From the NCBI GenBank assembly GCA_002633005.1, contig NMRA01000172.1:424348-488347 (forward strand): a stretch of DNA of 64,000 nt. The letters run 5' to 3'. The DNA is from Phoronis australis. Its lineage: Eukaryota; Animalia; Phoronida. Below the pieces are notes generated by a model. The model saw only the letters and a list, made by a program, of their open reading frames with translations. It made no database searches and was not told the origin of the DNA. Shown here one piece after another: positions 26,111 to 39,582 of the stretch. A program made the position numbers and the translations under genes. Each line of letters opens with the position of its first letter. The stretch's first letter is position 1.

Positions 26111-28599
26111 CTGTAACGTATGAATGCAAATGTAACTATATACCACTTCTCTAGCAGCTAATAGGAACGATGGATTTTATTACTACTTGACATTGGACGG
26201 GGAAAAAGAATTATCGAATACATTTATAACTTTGCGCATCCTGAGATTGTCTGTTCAGAAGTCATATGGGAGGGAATTTAAATATGAATTGTATTTTACG
26301 TACTGCACAAAAATGGCAAGACAATGTAATTTACAAATTTACGCTAATTTTTCAACGGAATGCTGATCAAATTTATGCCAATTTTCAATCAAACAATTGA
26401 AAAACTCAGTCCGTGTGCGACTATTTATCAAATGCAGATAATTGTCATTTTATTCGACTCAGTTCACATTCAATTCACATCCAGTTTAATATGCTTTCCT
26501 TTACCCAATCAAATAAAATGCATTGGTTTATCATGCGTGTTAGTTGTCTTCAAGTTGTAGATGACCATCAGACCTCGCCACGTGGACAGTTTACAAACAA
26601 TTAAAAACACATTGCGCTGTGACCGGTTCCTCGTAAACTATAAGTGGTCATACGAGGACATAATTTTCAAGAAGAAATACGATCATGCACCTGCAAAGAT
26701 AGCCTCGTTCCAGCCTCCAGCGCGCAGTCGTCTTCGCGCAAGTCGAAAACTGATACAGTCAACTTCATGACTGTGGCGACTAGACTTCCTTCTTCGGAAA
26801 CTCACGTGGATTGACTAGCCTGACAGTTGTCGCATCAATGCGGCGCATTTTTTACGCACAAACACCCGCCCACTGATATAATAAATGTGTTGCCGGTACC
26901 CAACGGACATCAACACAAAATTAAAAATAAAAGGCTTGTATTGTGATGTGTCCTTGTTGGGAGGGTCAGCCTTCGTTGTTAGGTTACTCGACGTCGTCAG
27001 CCTATCACGAGCCAGAATAGATCTGGGTATAGGTACCTAGTCTCCTGCAAAGGCAGCCGATGATATTCCAGCTGCGGACTAAGGAAACGCAGATCTCCCC
27101 ACGCTCTAGACCTGTCAAATTTAATTTCGTTTGCTCTGGTCTACGCGAAAAGCACTTTGAAGCATTAGACCTGGGCATCAAGGCGATTACTTGAAAATAA
27201 GATTAATGGTTCAGTTCAGCTGGTGATTTATCCACTTAGGTTCTATAGTTTCAGATGAATTTCTAGAAACTAAATGCAAATATGTAAGTGACCGCATTAC
27301 ATTTTGGAAAATCTAAGACCAGGGCCGGGGTCATTAACGCAAATAAAAAGTTGCAAGAACAAGTGCTTACCTTTTCATACCTGGGTAGGCTTTTTAAAAG
27401 GCGCCAAGATTGATATGTACTAATCACATAGAACGCACTCCAGCATTAACTTGAACGCTCCCCGGTTGAATGAGCTAGCACTGTGTGGCCTATTTATTTT
27501 GAACTATGAAACAGGGAGTATGACTCGAGACCAATTGGGTTGATCGGTCTGCGGTATAATTGGTTCGTAGTTCTCAGGTAGCCTGAGTGCAGTGGGATCC
27601 GATGTTACGGTTTCCTGTTGTTTATCAGGGCTGGGAAAGTATTCAAAGTTTAATAGGAGTGTACATAAATGATTGTTCACTGCATTGTAATTGTCAAATC
27701 GAAACGTATTGTGCAGAGCAAATCTTGCGCTTGGCTTGAAGTCCTGTCGGCAGCGCCATCTTACGCTTCACTGAGGAACCTAAGCTAAAAATAGCAACCG
27801 GTTATATTCAATGACAGTTTTCACCTGAACACGATGTAAACACAATAGGAAGTGGAAATGACGGTTTTGTTGATCAGCATGCGGCTAACCAAAATAATCA
27901 ATACACTGTTGCTAGATGCGTAAAAAGCCGTCCTTTAACAAAAACTGCACTACATTTTCCAACTGTCCGTTGTTTTCTACAGCAAATGTATCATTGGTTG
28001 GCGAAACTCAGTTCACCAAATATTACTCTATCATATTTTTGTCTCTTTGTTTGCACGATGCAACATGCATCCCGAAGTAAGCTCAGGGCCTGCGGCTTTT
28101 GGGCGAAATCGGAAGCAAGATGGTGCTGTGACGACCACTTTTGTGAAATCGTTTCGTTCCCTTGAGAGAATCTGCTAAAACTTAGTTCAGAGATTGACCT
28201 CGTCAAGTGCTGTTCAAAGCGAGTTCAATCCGTTTCTCGCTAATACTAATGGTTCTCGATGCTTCGATTTGATGAACATGGGTAAAACTAGGAGATTTTT
28301 TGGTCATTTTGTTACAGTGTATATATAACTTGATATTAAATATATCACGAACCTTTTCAGCCACTTTTCTTAAAATGAAATAAATAGCGCCAGATTACAC
28401 TCTTTTCCAGTGCGATATCTCCCTACAGGTGGCGCTGTGGCAAAGGAATAAACAAGTTACCAAATCGCCAACAGATCCAAGTGGCTTAAAGTCGTAGTCC
28501 CTCCCCGGGGGGGTTCAGCCCTTATGACTGGCGTTGGGCGCCGTGGCCGTGACTACCGACGATTTGCAGTCCCATCCTCGTTATACAACGATTTGTCTA

Positions 28600-28810
28600 T
28601 CTCGACTTAAATATAAGATTTTTCTCTACTTCCAAAATTTAAAACTTCCATATTCGTTTAGTTAGTCAAAATTGAGACAAACTTAAGTCAAAAATTAAGT
28701 CAAACTTCAGATCTCTTTCTTGAAAAGGACTTGAGGCAAAAGTTTTATCTTAAAATCAGCTGAAATTTGAGATTTTTCTTAGCTAAGTCAGTTTTCTTGG
28801 AACAGGCCCC
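28600..28810. mobile_element. Partial MITE of the family at 56400-56650
   Basis: Right end ctaagtcagttttcttggaacaggcccc; internal agatctctttcttgaaa shared with the 56400 copy. Confidence 0.65.
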
Positions 28811-29541
28811 AGGAAATAATCTCCTTGGTCCTTGTTACCATGGTGCTTGCATGTTGTTGATGACATTATAACAACAAAATTGCCAAGAGTGTTTTAGCTT
28901 CTTCCTGGTTTTCTGCGCAAAAATGTCGGTTATGGTTTCAAAAATTATGACGGGATATCATCCAATTGTTTCACTTTGCCAGTCACTGACTGGCGATACC
29001 ATTCATGAAAATCAAAAAATTTAGGTTAAGCTCCTTGCTGTTTTGTCTGCAAATTTTTCTACCAGGATCAAACGATTTTAAAAACTGGGCGTTTATTCGA
29101 TTTTCAGTTCTTGAGTTGGCGGTGAAACGGTTTCGTTTGTTTATTGCATGGGCACGTCGATCAAAACATTAATGTTTATTTCCGCTGCTGTGGAGATAGA
29201 AAAAATTTTTTTTGGTGACCACGCTCATCTGCATTACAGCAGCTGAAACACCGAGTTCCAAAACCCTTCCGTTTATTAATTCGCTCTAACTTGAGTTGCG
29301 TTAAGTGCGAAAATATAAAATTAATCGACTTACTCATTGTATGTGCATGACCCTTTATAGCGAGTTTAATTGAGCTACACTCCCAAAAATATAATCTTGG
29401 AACTTGTCTGGTCAAAAGTTGTATTACCTCCATTCTCACACACAAGCTTCGTGAACATTCAGTACGCATAATTACTGAAACGAGCTGAGATCTGAACCTA
29501 ATTAGTGCCAAAGGCTAATGAGTTCTGCACGACACTAAAAA

Positions 29542-29555
29542 GTTACCATGGTAAT
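29542..29555. promoter_or_regulatory. RFX X-box-like palindrome GTTACCATGGTAAT
   Basis: 13 of 14 bases match the palindromic X-box GTTACCATGGTAAC. Confidence 0.4.
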
Positions 29556-30315
29556 CGCTGTGATCTTGTTTATCCACCATCTACTCAAGTGAAACAGTAT
29601 TGTACCTGACGCATCTTTACTCAGATCACAACATGGAAAAATAGTCTGAGGAAAAGTAACAACAAGTTTAATGCTAAGAAAATCCGCAATTAAAGGCNGA
29701 GTACGCCTCTGAAAATGGTCAATGCGGCACGAGATTCATCCCTAAATTCATAAAATGTGAGAGATTTGAATGTACTGTTATCATACAATTAATCAGTAAC
29801 AAATAGATCGTGCAAGACGTAGATAAATAGGGCGATATGTGGATTCTGGATTTCTTGAATAAGCTGACTTGGGGGGAAGCGACTTGATCACTAACTTGAA
29901 AAATTAAAGTAATGCTGGTTTGTTCTTCCTCGAGAGGCAACACAAACCATCGGAGGCAAAACGTGTTTGGGAGTACCGGCAATCAATTAGAGATGAATTA
30001 TTGAGAAAGCATGATGGCAATGAATTTTTGATAACCCGAAAAGCTAATCAGAGCAGATTGAAAGTAACTCTTCTTCTGACATAACAGTCAATAGGGTGGT
30101 TATTGTAGCGAAGGTACACTGTAGAGGGGCTAAAGGATACACAATGCACATTTATAGCCTCCAGTAGTTGGAGCAATAAGATTTAATGGAATATTTGTCA
30201 ACATTCGACGAACATTTGACGAAATTTTACTTCTTACACACAGCACCTACAATGTAAATCGCATGTCGCGAATCAAGGGTTCGTTCTATCAAAGGACGGA
30301 CACCTAGAAAGAGTT

Positions 30316-30450
30316 CCGTAGCTGTCTCAAAGATAGAAAAATCTAGCCAAAATTACGTGTTCTCATTAAAAATGCACGGCAATATTTCACGTAATCTCGC
30401 GAAATTTTGCTTTTTAGCGAAATCGTAGCGTAGGTCCTAGACTTACTGAA
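30316..30450. repeat. Interspersed repeat, second copy at about 53715-53845
   Basis: gtagctgtctc...aaaaatct(g)agccaaaat...gcgtaggtcct is shared between the two loci. Confidence 0.65.
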
Positions 30451-32757
30451 CTCTACCCTGGCCTTTGCCTAGGGGGCGCTGACTTCAGTTTTACTGGTAC
30501 ACAGATCCTGAACGTGGTTTACGAGTCAGTGGAATATGAACAAATATCAAGTTTACTTCAAAAACAACAGTTTGCTCTTATTGGAAATGCAACATCGTAT
30601 TTGCAAGATTATTCCTATGAACGTCTTAGCCATGACTAGGCAACAACATTTAATGAAACAGGCCTTAGGCTATCCAACCGCATTAAATGTTCACCGAAAG
30701 TTTACAAAATAGGATATAAAATGGCTTTTATTTTCAATCTGAGTATTGCAAGACACACAAAATGAAAATATTGCCAATTTGCACCATCGGCCAGCACTTC
30801 CAATTGAAAACTGAGTTGCTTCACATCGGTCGTGGGGATCTCAGGATTCTTTTTGATTGTGCAAATTGATATTTATTGTTCCAAGGACTACTTTTTGTTA
30901 CAGTTTTGTATAGAGTTTATCAGATTCAGATATCATGTTTAGCTCGAAGACTGGACAAACATGCTCCTTTAAAGTTATGTTGGAGAGGAAAAAATAACTA
31001 AATCATTTGGCAAACTTCGGAACATCATGACGCTATCTCAGAAGTGTCCGATGCACTCTTCTCCCGGCCAAAACGACAATAGAAATTATTTTCATATGTT
31101 CCCAAAAATAAGGCTTTTGTGATTTTTGTAGAAAAAGTTATAAGTTGCATCAATTTGAAACGGAATTGAAACTATAGCAGCATTTTTCAGATTTCCTCTT
31201 GAACATTTCTATCAAACAAAATTTGGTCGTGTAATTGATATCATTATTTTGCTGTGAATGCACTGTTATTGTTTTGATCAATTTTAAGAAATCGACATGG
31301 TCACGTGACTCAATTAAACAGATTGATGTTAAGTCAGAAATTGAATTTTCCCAGGTTTCTACTTTAACAATGTTTTTAATTTTACAGACTGAGTTAAATA
31401 TTTAGATTTGTTGTTATTTGCTCTACACAGACTCGTGAATAAGGCCCTGCACAACGTTAATCATTCGCAACGGTGCGAAAGTCATAGATTATTTTCAAAA
31501 CCAAAGCATTGATAAATTGTTCTTATTTGTTTTGTAAACTCAAATTTTCTCGGGAAATCATTTGCGAAAAGAGTTGTCCATAAAGTATTAATAAACACAA
31601 GGTCCATCACGTGGTAAGATACTCGCCGATTTTCGTGTTTTTTACGTTATCGTGCATTAAGACAAGCAGATCAATATGTCTATTGATAAGGTCATTGCCA
31701 GATCCAAGGAACACGGTAACTGACGGACACCTGCATAGTGCTTAAGAAATCATGGATAAAGAAGTCATTTTCAACTCATATTTTGCAGACATTAGAAAGT
31801 CCTACCCAAAATAACTAAATGCACGTAAATCTAAGTAACATATTATCTGAGTTCATTGTTCCAACTCAATCTATCGTGAAGTTGGTTTCCGTTGATATCA
31901 TAGTACATGAAGCATACAGGTACTAAATTTTAAAAGTACACTTTAATTTTACACCGTATTCCACTAAGCTTCTAATGCAGTCCTTACTGTAGGTGAAGAA
32001 ATGGCGTTATTTATCTTCTAGATAATCTCTTCTTCACATTTTCCTTTTACGTTTTGTTATTATTTCGAATTGCCATTTCCCACTAAGTGTTTCTCCAAGC
32101 GATTCCAACAGCAGATTAACTTGATAATTCAGGGCAAAATTATTGACGCTAAGTCACCCACAACAATTGACTATTCACAACACATAAAACAAAAGAATCT
32201 CATGAATGACTGCACCATTGTTATAGTCAATGAAGTGAAGTGTAGTCTACTCGATAGTCAATTGATCAAGTGCTTGATTAGGGTGAAATACAGGCATAGG
32301 TCAAATCAAATCAAACAAGGCTTTAGAGGCGCCCCAACTTCCTAATGGTTGTCTTTGTCGTTGGTGTCTGAAACAAGTTCGTACTCAAAGGATCTAACCT
32401 GCATTACCCTTGAACTTCGATGCAAAATGTAGTGAATTAGAATGATTAGATGGCGATGCTCCTTTCTTGCACTGCTAAGATACAGCGATGGCTTATGGGA
32501 AGAATGTGAGACGTGTTAATAACATTCACAACTTACCGGAGTTATTTGCTACAAAACAGTGCTGTTTGACAGAACCGTATGTTTAATAGTACGATGGCAA
32601 CAGTATTTCAATGGTGTTTAATTATGAAACGAAGAGATCAATCTGGTTGTCCCTAGAGCCCAGTTGTCAAAAATTCTTTAGGAATGATGACACTCGTAGG
32701 TGTCATGACAGGTGCTGTGCTTCGTCTTATTAAATGTTATGGTAACGCTAACTTATG

Positions 32758-32771
32758 GTTACCATGGCAAT
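32758..32771. promoter_or_regulatory. RFX X-box-like motif GTTACCATGGCAAT
   Basis: Near-consensus X-box about 300 bp into the intron after candidate first exon A. Confidence 0.4.
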
Positions 32772-33073
32772 ATTAGCAGTCTCGGAATAAGCGGGATCTC
32801 AGATTGTGCACCATTTATCATTATAACAATCGAAACAAGCTCGACGAGTTTTCATTGGTTGAACAATCTGAATAAAACATTTAAAGAGATAAAAAAGATA
32901 AAAATGTAAAACGTACCATGGCGGCGATCTAACTTGAAAACGGATATCTTCCTCTTATACATGTATATGCTTAGTGTGACTTACAATTCACATTCACCAA
33001 ACGAAAAAAACTATATGAGGCTGAAAACTCAAAAAGTAATTAGTTTTTATCATTTTTGTCCCAAAGACCTTAC

Positions 33074-33342
33074 CAACGAAGGGTCGATCTGCCCGTGAAT
33101 TTCCGTCTTGAAGATTTTGGAAACGTTTTCGCCGTCTCAGCATCTTCCGAGGCAAAGCTTTTGCTTGAACTAACTCTACTCGAGTTGTCGTTAGAACTCC
33201 CGTCTAATCCAATGCTTGTCGTCTTCACCAAAGGCGGTACCCCATATTTTGAACTACAGTTTGAAGAATTCCAAACCGTTTCCTCATCGACAATTTCGTT
33301 AGCGTCTGCTATTTCTAGAATCTCGTTATCTTTATCTGTCAT
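33074..33342 (-). CDS. KIF12: Candidate first coding exon A of the kinesin (MTDKDNEILEIADANE...GRSTLRW)
   Basis: ATG-initiated 89-codon frame ending TG|GTAAGG in phase 2, matching the acceptor at 26110. Confidence 0.65.
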
Positions 33343-34522
33343 AATTTCCGTTAATTTAAATCTCGTCTACACGTTTTCTCCATGGTATGTAAAATGTTGG
33401 CTGAGATTAATTCTAAAACCTCTCTCTGCAATCAGACTGGATTAGTCCATTTCATAATCGGATGCTCAAGTCTGAATAACAAGTCCCTCGTTTATAATCT
33501 TCATCAAAATGGCCAAATATTCGTTAAAGTTTCGTGATTACCACAAATTATGGTTGCAGATCGATAGTGCGTTCTTCCACCCAGTAGCGTCTTCCTGTGC
33601 GGCATCTCGATTGTTTTATTGTGAGTTTTCACAATATCTAATTACAATGGCATGTCATGTGATAGTTTCCAAGAGAACAGTTTTCACCCCTTACGGCATC
33701 TTCCTGATCACAGAGAACTCCTAGCGCGCAGCTGCTGTTGACCACTGTCAAACACAACATCGTGTCGTCTGCGCCGCACTACCCTCTATACACACGTCGG
33801 ATCAAACGGATCGATACAGCAATACCTCAATAACAAGAAGGCGCTGTATTACAGCGCTTAATCCGCTTATAAACAAAAATGTTTCACTTGCTCTAGGCAA
33901 GATTGAAACTCCTCTGAAGTTTACTAATTCGTCTTAATCTGTAGAGAGTTGTTCCACTGAACTACTATTCAATAATAGAAAATGTACTATTAAACAGAAA
34001 CAAATGTAGGCTACGTATCGAGTCGTTTTTTAAACCAACTCAAGACCTTTATTCCTGTTTAAAATTGTAGTAAAATTGCTATAAAATTCGAAGTTTGATT
34101 TTTGAATGTCTGGTGGTGTGCCACCATCCTAGACGGCAGAGTTGAACAGTCATAAACTAAGTCTATTCACAGGAGCATTTCAAAACGATTTATCTGCGAC
34201 GTTTTGAAGGAAAATTATCAGTTTTATGATCGAAAAACGCTTTTTGAAGGGTGGGATAGACTCCTTGGGGTTAGGACTTTCACCTGGGGCATGTTTCATG
34301 TAAAAGGACTGAAGACTTCAGTAGAACTTTCGTCTTACACTCTCACTTCACAAGCTCTGAGTAAAGGTTTAGCCAATCAATTGTTAATACAGCCTAGAAA
34401 TAATTGATACAAATTATCTTATTAACAGGCATTTCTTAGCATATACTTTGTACTTTTGCTGAAGTGAGATTTGATTACTTTCCAGGAATAGCTTAATGTG
34501 TGCAACCTATGTCTTAAAACCC

Positions 34523-34870
34523 CAGGGGCTGGGGTCTAGTCTTTTCACTTGCAATCCTTTTGTGTCAACTCAAGATAAGTGTCTATTAGTCTGCGCTCGA
34601 GTACATTGGGAGGTTAATATGCGTATGAGTGTTTAGTCCAAGATCGAACTTGACGACCCTTAAATTCAAGCTCCAAGCTCGAGTAAAAACTCAAAAATTC
34701 AAAGTTCAGATTTAAATTTTTAACCTTAATCCGAGGGTCAACAAGTGCAAACTATGAATAGATACTTATCCACATAAGACGTTATGTACTCAAGAGTAGA
34801 ACAATACACACATATCTTCAATATGCACACAATTTGAGCCAAAATACTTTCGATTCGGTGAAGATACTAG
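34523..34870. mobile_element. Degenerate copy of the MITE family at 36844-37244 (approximate bounds)
   Basis: aactcaagataagtgtctatta...gctcgagtaca is shared with 36919-36958. Confidence 0.6.
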
Positions 34871-35358
34871 TAAAATTCTCATTTAAAATACAAACGCTTG
34901 AAAATCATGGTTGGAAAGTTTTAACACGGAACGCTCAAGCATAGTGTTGCAAAAGAAATAACGCTCACGTTCACGTGCCGAATGTTGTCAAATCACGCAC
35001 ATACATACACGCTGCTACTGGTAATAATATTTCGTACGACAATCGGCAGCTGCCGTTCATCTCCGTTAGACGTTTTAGCGATGCCAAGTTGGCCGTGAAC
35101 AGAATGTAAATTTTAGAGGACGTTTTGGTTAAAGTCTTAAATTTATCCTCGTGTGAATCCAACTATAAACCAACGTTTGATGAACAAATTAATACCATCG
35201 TGTTGAAATTCACAAAAAATCATGGACTTCCCTTATTTTAAGTCCAACGCAGCGTTAGTTGGGTCAAGCCGAATTCTTAAACTTCAAACCGATAGAAATC
35301 AAGTTAAATGTAGTGTAGTTGAATACTGCAGGTGAAACAATCAGTAAACTACTTTCTG

Positions 35359-35685
35359 CACAGGCGGATTTAGGGGAAGGGGGGCAGGGGGCCCACCCCC
35401 CCCCCTCTTGGCTAGTGCAAGCAAAACTTAACACCAAGACCGTGAAGCGTGATGAAATATCGAGTTCACCAAGTAGGAACGGCAGCGGACGAGGGGGAAC
35501 TGAGGCCCCAGAGCGCGGCGGAATCGTGTTCCGTTTTTTTAGTCCTTCGAACTTGGGAACACACCAGGGTCCACATCGCCGGCCCCGGAACTTTCGGGCA
35601 GCCTGTGCATACAATCACACTTTGCCCAATTCTCCGAGGCAGCATGTTGCCCCCCCCCCCTTATGGTAACCTATATCCGCCATTG
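35359..35685. mobile_element. GC-rich TIR element with CA...TG ends
   Basis: cacaggcggattta...tatatccgccattg imperfect TIR, flanked on both sides by TTTCTG. Confidence 0.65.
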
Positions 35686-36843
35686 TTTCTGACCAAGAGA
35701 ATTGCTGCGTGTAAGTATGAGCGCTATGTTACTAGCCGCATTAAGAATCAAAACAAGTGGTTCCATCGTAAAACATGAACTAAAAGGTAGCACTGCAAGA
35801 GGCTTGAACGCTACATGAATGTTTTGTTCATAACAATCCAAATTGGCAAGAAACGTCATTTTTTGTAACAGATTAGGCACAACGCTATATAACAACATCG
35901 GTGGTTACGCTGTACATATGAATGTATACTAAGTAATGTTTAGATTTTACTAATCAGGAAAAACATACAGAGAGCCTTTAAAGGCCTTTGGAATCTCCCA
36001 AATTTACGATTGCATTTGCTAATCATGAGAATGAGCTTTTAAAAAGATACTAGACCCAACTAATTATCCTCCTGCCTCCTGCTAATAGACCATTGACATC
36101 CCATTGATAGAAGCTGGGGTCAACTACAAACTCATGCTCTCTGTCACACAAACTGGATGTTATGGTTCTTGGTGGGTAGCCTTTCCCTACAGTTGTTGTA
36201 TAACTCACGTAAACCATAGGTCACGCTTGCATGTTTTCGAAGGAGTTTCAAATTTTGCTCCAACTATTTGAAGGTTGTTGAGGGTTACTGAGTATTATTT
36301 TGTTTCGAAGAACTAGATGGCAGCGTCATTTTCAATATCTGTTAATATACCAAAACAGGGTTTGGTATCCCTTTAAGTAAATCATCACATGACCGCCGGG
36401 TATACGCTGGAGCTGCTTAAAGTGATTTTCTGGTAATACATTCGTCACAACACAACAAATTCCTTTAATCCGTCTCATAAAAATTTGGCAGTAAATCAAT
36501 GCTAATGATGCATTACATACGACCATATATAATACGTGTTCAAAGTGTCAACATAGGGTTCCTTACTGTAATCCACCTTAGTAAACTGGTATCAGACTGG
36601 GATTAGGTAGCCCTAAAACATAACGTCGTTTGCTTTGAACAGATAGCGCATTTTTAGGAAGCTTTGTTTCCCAGTGCGACACCTGTCGTACATGTAAAGT
36701 GCTTGCTGCTCGCAAACTGCAACGGTTTTGACATCTTCTAATTTTATAAATCAAATCCAGGATTTTAGCAGACAGTGTCAAAACCTTCTTCGTCCACCCT
36801 TCTCCGTGTACCAGCTCCTGGCAACTGGTAGTGACGTAACCAG

Positions 36844-37244
36844 GGCCCGGTCTCCAATCTTTTTACTCGAAATGGAACTCGAAATTAGGTTTGGCATTTT
36901 GTACTCTACTTTTGGGCGAACTCAAGATAAGTGTCTATTATTCTATGCTCGAGTACACAATAATTTACGTGGATAATTTATTGCCCTTAGTTCACAGTTT
37001 GTAAACCCAATATTAAAGCAATAAGTTCGAGTTTGAACTCGAAATTTCGAGTTTTTACTCGAGTTTGTAGCACGAATATAAGGGTCTTCAAGGGCAAACT
37101 TGAACTAGAAACTCCTATGCATAAACTATAATGTATTCGAGCACAGCCTGATAACCAATTATCTTAAGTTCGCACAAAAGGAGCAGAGAAATTGCCAAAA
37201 ATAGTTTCGAGTTCGTTTCGAGTACAAAGATTAGAGACCGGGCC
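36844..37244. mobile_element. MITE with about 40-bp TIRs and a 3-bp CAG target duplication (PIF/Harbinger-like)
   Basis: CAG|GGCCCGGTCTCCAATCTTTTTACTCGAAA...TTTCGAGTACAAAGATTAGAGACCGGGCC|CAG. Confidence 0.85.
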
Positions 37245-39292
37245 CAGGTAACTTATAATGCCGTCGTTCACTAGACGTAAAATTGTTGTAAGAAGACAGA
37301 TTTGAAGTCTGATCAGTTGTCTAAGTTAAGACCGAAGAATTTTCAGAAAAGACTGTTTCTCGAATACTTTACTCTGTTTTTGGTCTTCAGTCTTAGACAG
37401 AAAGAAATTAAGTTGGGTTTTGATATTCGTGAGCATACAAAATACACTTTCGCGATTTGTTGCGAATTCCATAAACTAAGCGAGGCGGTGCGCTAAATAC
37501 AGTTTTAACACTAATCTTGGTCTTAAGACTATAAATGAGAATTTTTTACATCTTGAATACAACTGGGGTCTCACGTACGTAAGAAGACCCTGGTATGACT
37601 GGAAAATATCATTTCACATGTCTCCGCCTACGACTCTACACCGCTTTTCCGGTTTTCGAATGAAAGCAGACGGTTTTCAATTTGACCAAAATTCCAACAT
37701 TAAGCCTACTGCGTAGCAGGCAAGCTTTCGCTTGTAGCTCATTTCAGTCCTAATTTCGGTTTTACGAATTTCACGAAGACACGTCGATCTTAAGTTTGCT
37801 CGATTTCGGTCTAAATAGACAGAAACGGGTCCCCGAAATCTTAGCGTGTAGGGGTTTTACACGGTAGCTTGTTAATCTAGGCCTGCTTATAACGTGTTAA
37901 TGGAATTCCAAGCCAGCAACAGTCTGTTAATACGACCAGTTGACTTTTTCATTTGCACGCGAATTTGATTCAGATTCTGGTAGACACAGTGGAATCCGTC
38001 ACTATTACTGTCTTTCTGACATATTACAACGAGAGAATAGTGGACAAAAATATTGAAAACGAGAAATAATCCCAAATCAGACCGCAGTGACTGAATGGCG
38101 CTGAAACACCAAACACTAGGACTTTGACTGATCAGTCTAGTCGTGGCATTCCTTTTTGGACCAAGCGTGAAAATATGGTTCCGGAAATATCCAACTAAAC
38201 GGGATGAACTCAGAATTCATTGCCATTGTGTCAGATTGTTCACTATCGTTGATTTGAGTGGGTAATTGAATATTGACGATAGAGACTGGTCTAAGCTACT
38301 GGAAAAAATAACAACGAATAACAGTTTTCAGAGCACCAGATTCTCCGTCTGATAAAGTCAAAAGGTTAGCACTGTAAACAATCGTACCTCTAACGAAGAT
38401 TAGACAAGCAACACTCAACACACAATCATAGATCGAATTAATGCGTTATTTAATACAAATGCAGGCCTACATTAACGCGCTAACGTGTAAAACCCGTACG
38501 TTGTAACAAATGACAGACTTCTAATAGGGCCGTTCAGGATTACACAGATATGTCTCTTCTTTTCCCGGTGGTACGAAAGCGAGTTGTTTTAATTGGTCTC
38601 GTTTTGGAATCCAGGCACATTTTCATTGGTCATGTCTGAAACCGTTGAGCTATATGGCCTGGTAAATGTTCTGGATAACCGTGTAACAATACCGGAAGTG
38701 AATGGTATCTTCAAGAAAGTGGATTCTGCTCGATTCAAAAGTAACACATCGAGCTGGCTTTATCCTCTTGCTCCGCATTTGATTGGCTTTGATTTATGTT
38801 GGGACGACGAAGAGCTAAAACGTAAAGCATCCACGGATCATGATTTGTCAAGTTGTGAATGAGGAGGAAGCCTTTGGGGTCCGGATCTCCTGATCCTCCA
38901 TTTTTGCATTGCTGCAAAGGTGGAATATTAAATGCTCCCTATGTCTGTCCTAATTGCCAGGCTCAGAATGCCACTAGTGAACTAGACAACCAGGCATCTT
39001 TGCCGTGTGACAAAATGAGTGAACGACAAAATTTGCACAGCTTTATAGACAAAGCTTCATCTGATCAAATATCAGGATAACGCATTGTCTTCTCCAACAA
39101 TCAGTTAATTCACATGACCAATTAGTTCCAGTAGCAACACGAAGACCATTTTGCTACTTGACCATTCATTGTTTAAATAATGTAATCCGAAGTGAAACTT
39201 CAACTTCAGCTTTGACTCATCTTTTACTCTTTCTAATTTAAGCATAGTGTGAGACTTTTTAAAACAATGATGAATTGCAATCGTATACTAAC

Positions 39293-39582
39293 CTTCTGTT
39301 CTTTAATTTCCACGCTTGTATGTTACTAAACGAGACCACTCTTGGTATTGTGGCTGACTCCACCACCCGTACTCGAACGCCGCTGTTTATTTCCTGGAGC
39401 TTTGTAATGTCATTCAAAGACGCTGGCCGCACGACATGGCCCGACCGTGTGTTCGGGTGGGCCGTCGGGGGCACTGAATCCGGCAAAACTGGCAGAACGT
39501 CATCATGTTCATCGTTTAATGCAGTGCCGTAAACGTAGTTGTCGTCCTTCTTAGAATCAGTCTCCTTGGCGATGTTTTCCAT
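39293..39582 (-). CDS. Candidate alternative first coding exon B of the kinesin (MENIAKETDSKKDD...WKLKNRR)
   Basis: ATG-initiated 96-codon frame ending AG|GTTAGT in phase 2, also compatible with the acceptor at 26110. Confidence 0.55.

Larger units (their letters stand above)
162..39582 (-). other. KIF12: Gene span: KIF12-like kinesin, at least 15 coding exons; 3' end may continue left of the window
   Basis: Exons join in frame through GT-AG sites and give NINVVVRVRP, FAFGQTGSGKTHT (P-loop), YLEIYNEQ, NEFSSRSH (switch I), FVDLAGSE (switch II), [13 protein letters not shown] and a stalk LYEMLQEYMIENETLR that matches the recalled KIF12 stalk motif. Confidence 0.85.

Noticed and set aside
35264-35778. 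Three overlapping ORFs of about 110 aa
   Set aside because: They coincide with a GC-rich TIR element and show no recognisable protein.
38480-39080. Coding-looking stretch on both strands, including a possible extra phase-2 first exon (MKMCLDSKTRPIK...) for the kinesin
   Set aside because: Frames are short or interrupted by stops and no motif is recognised; support is insufficient.
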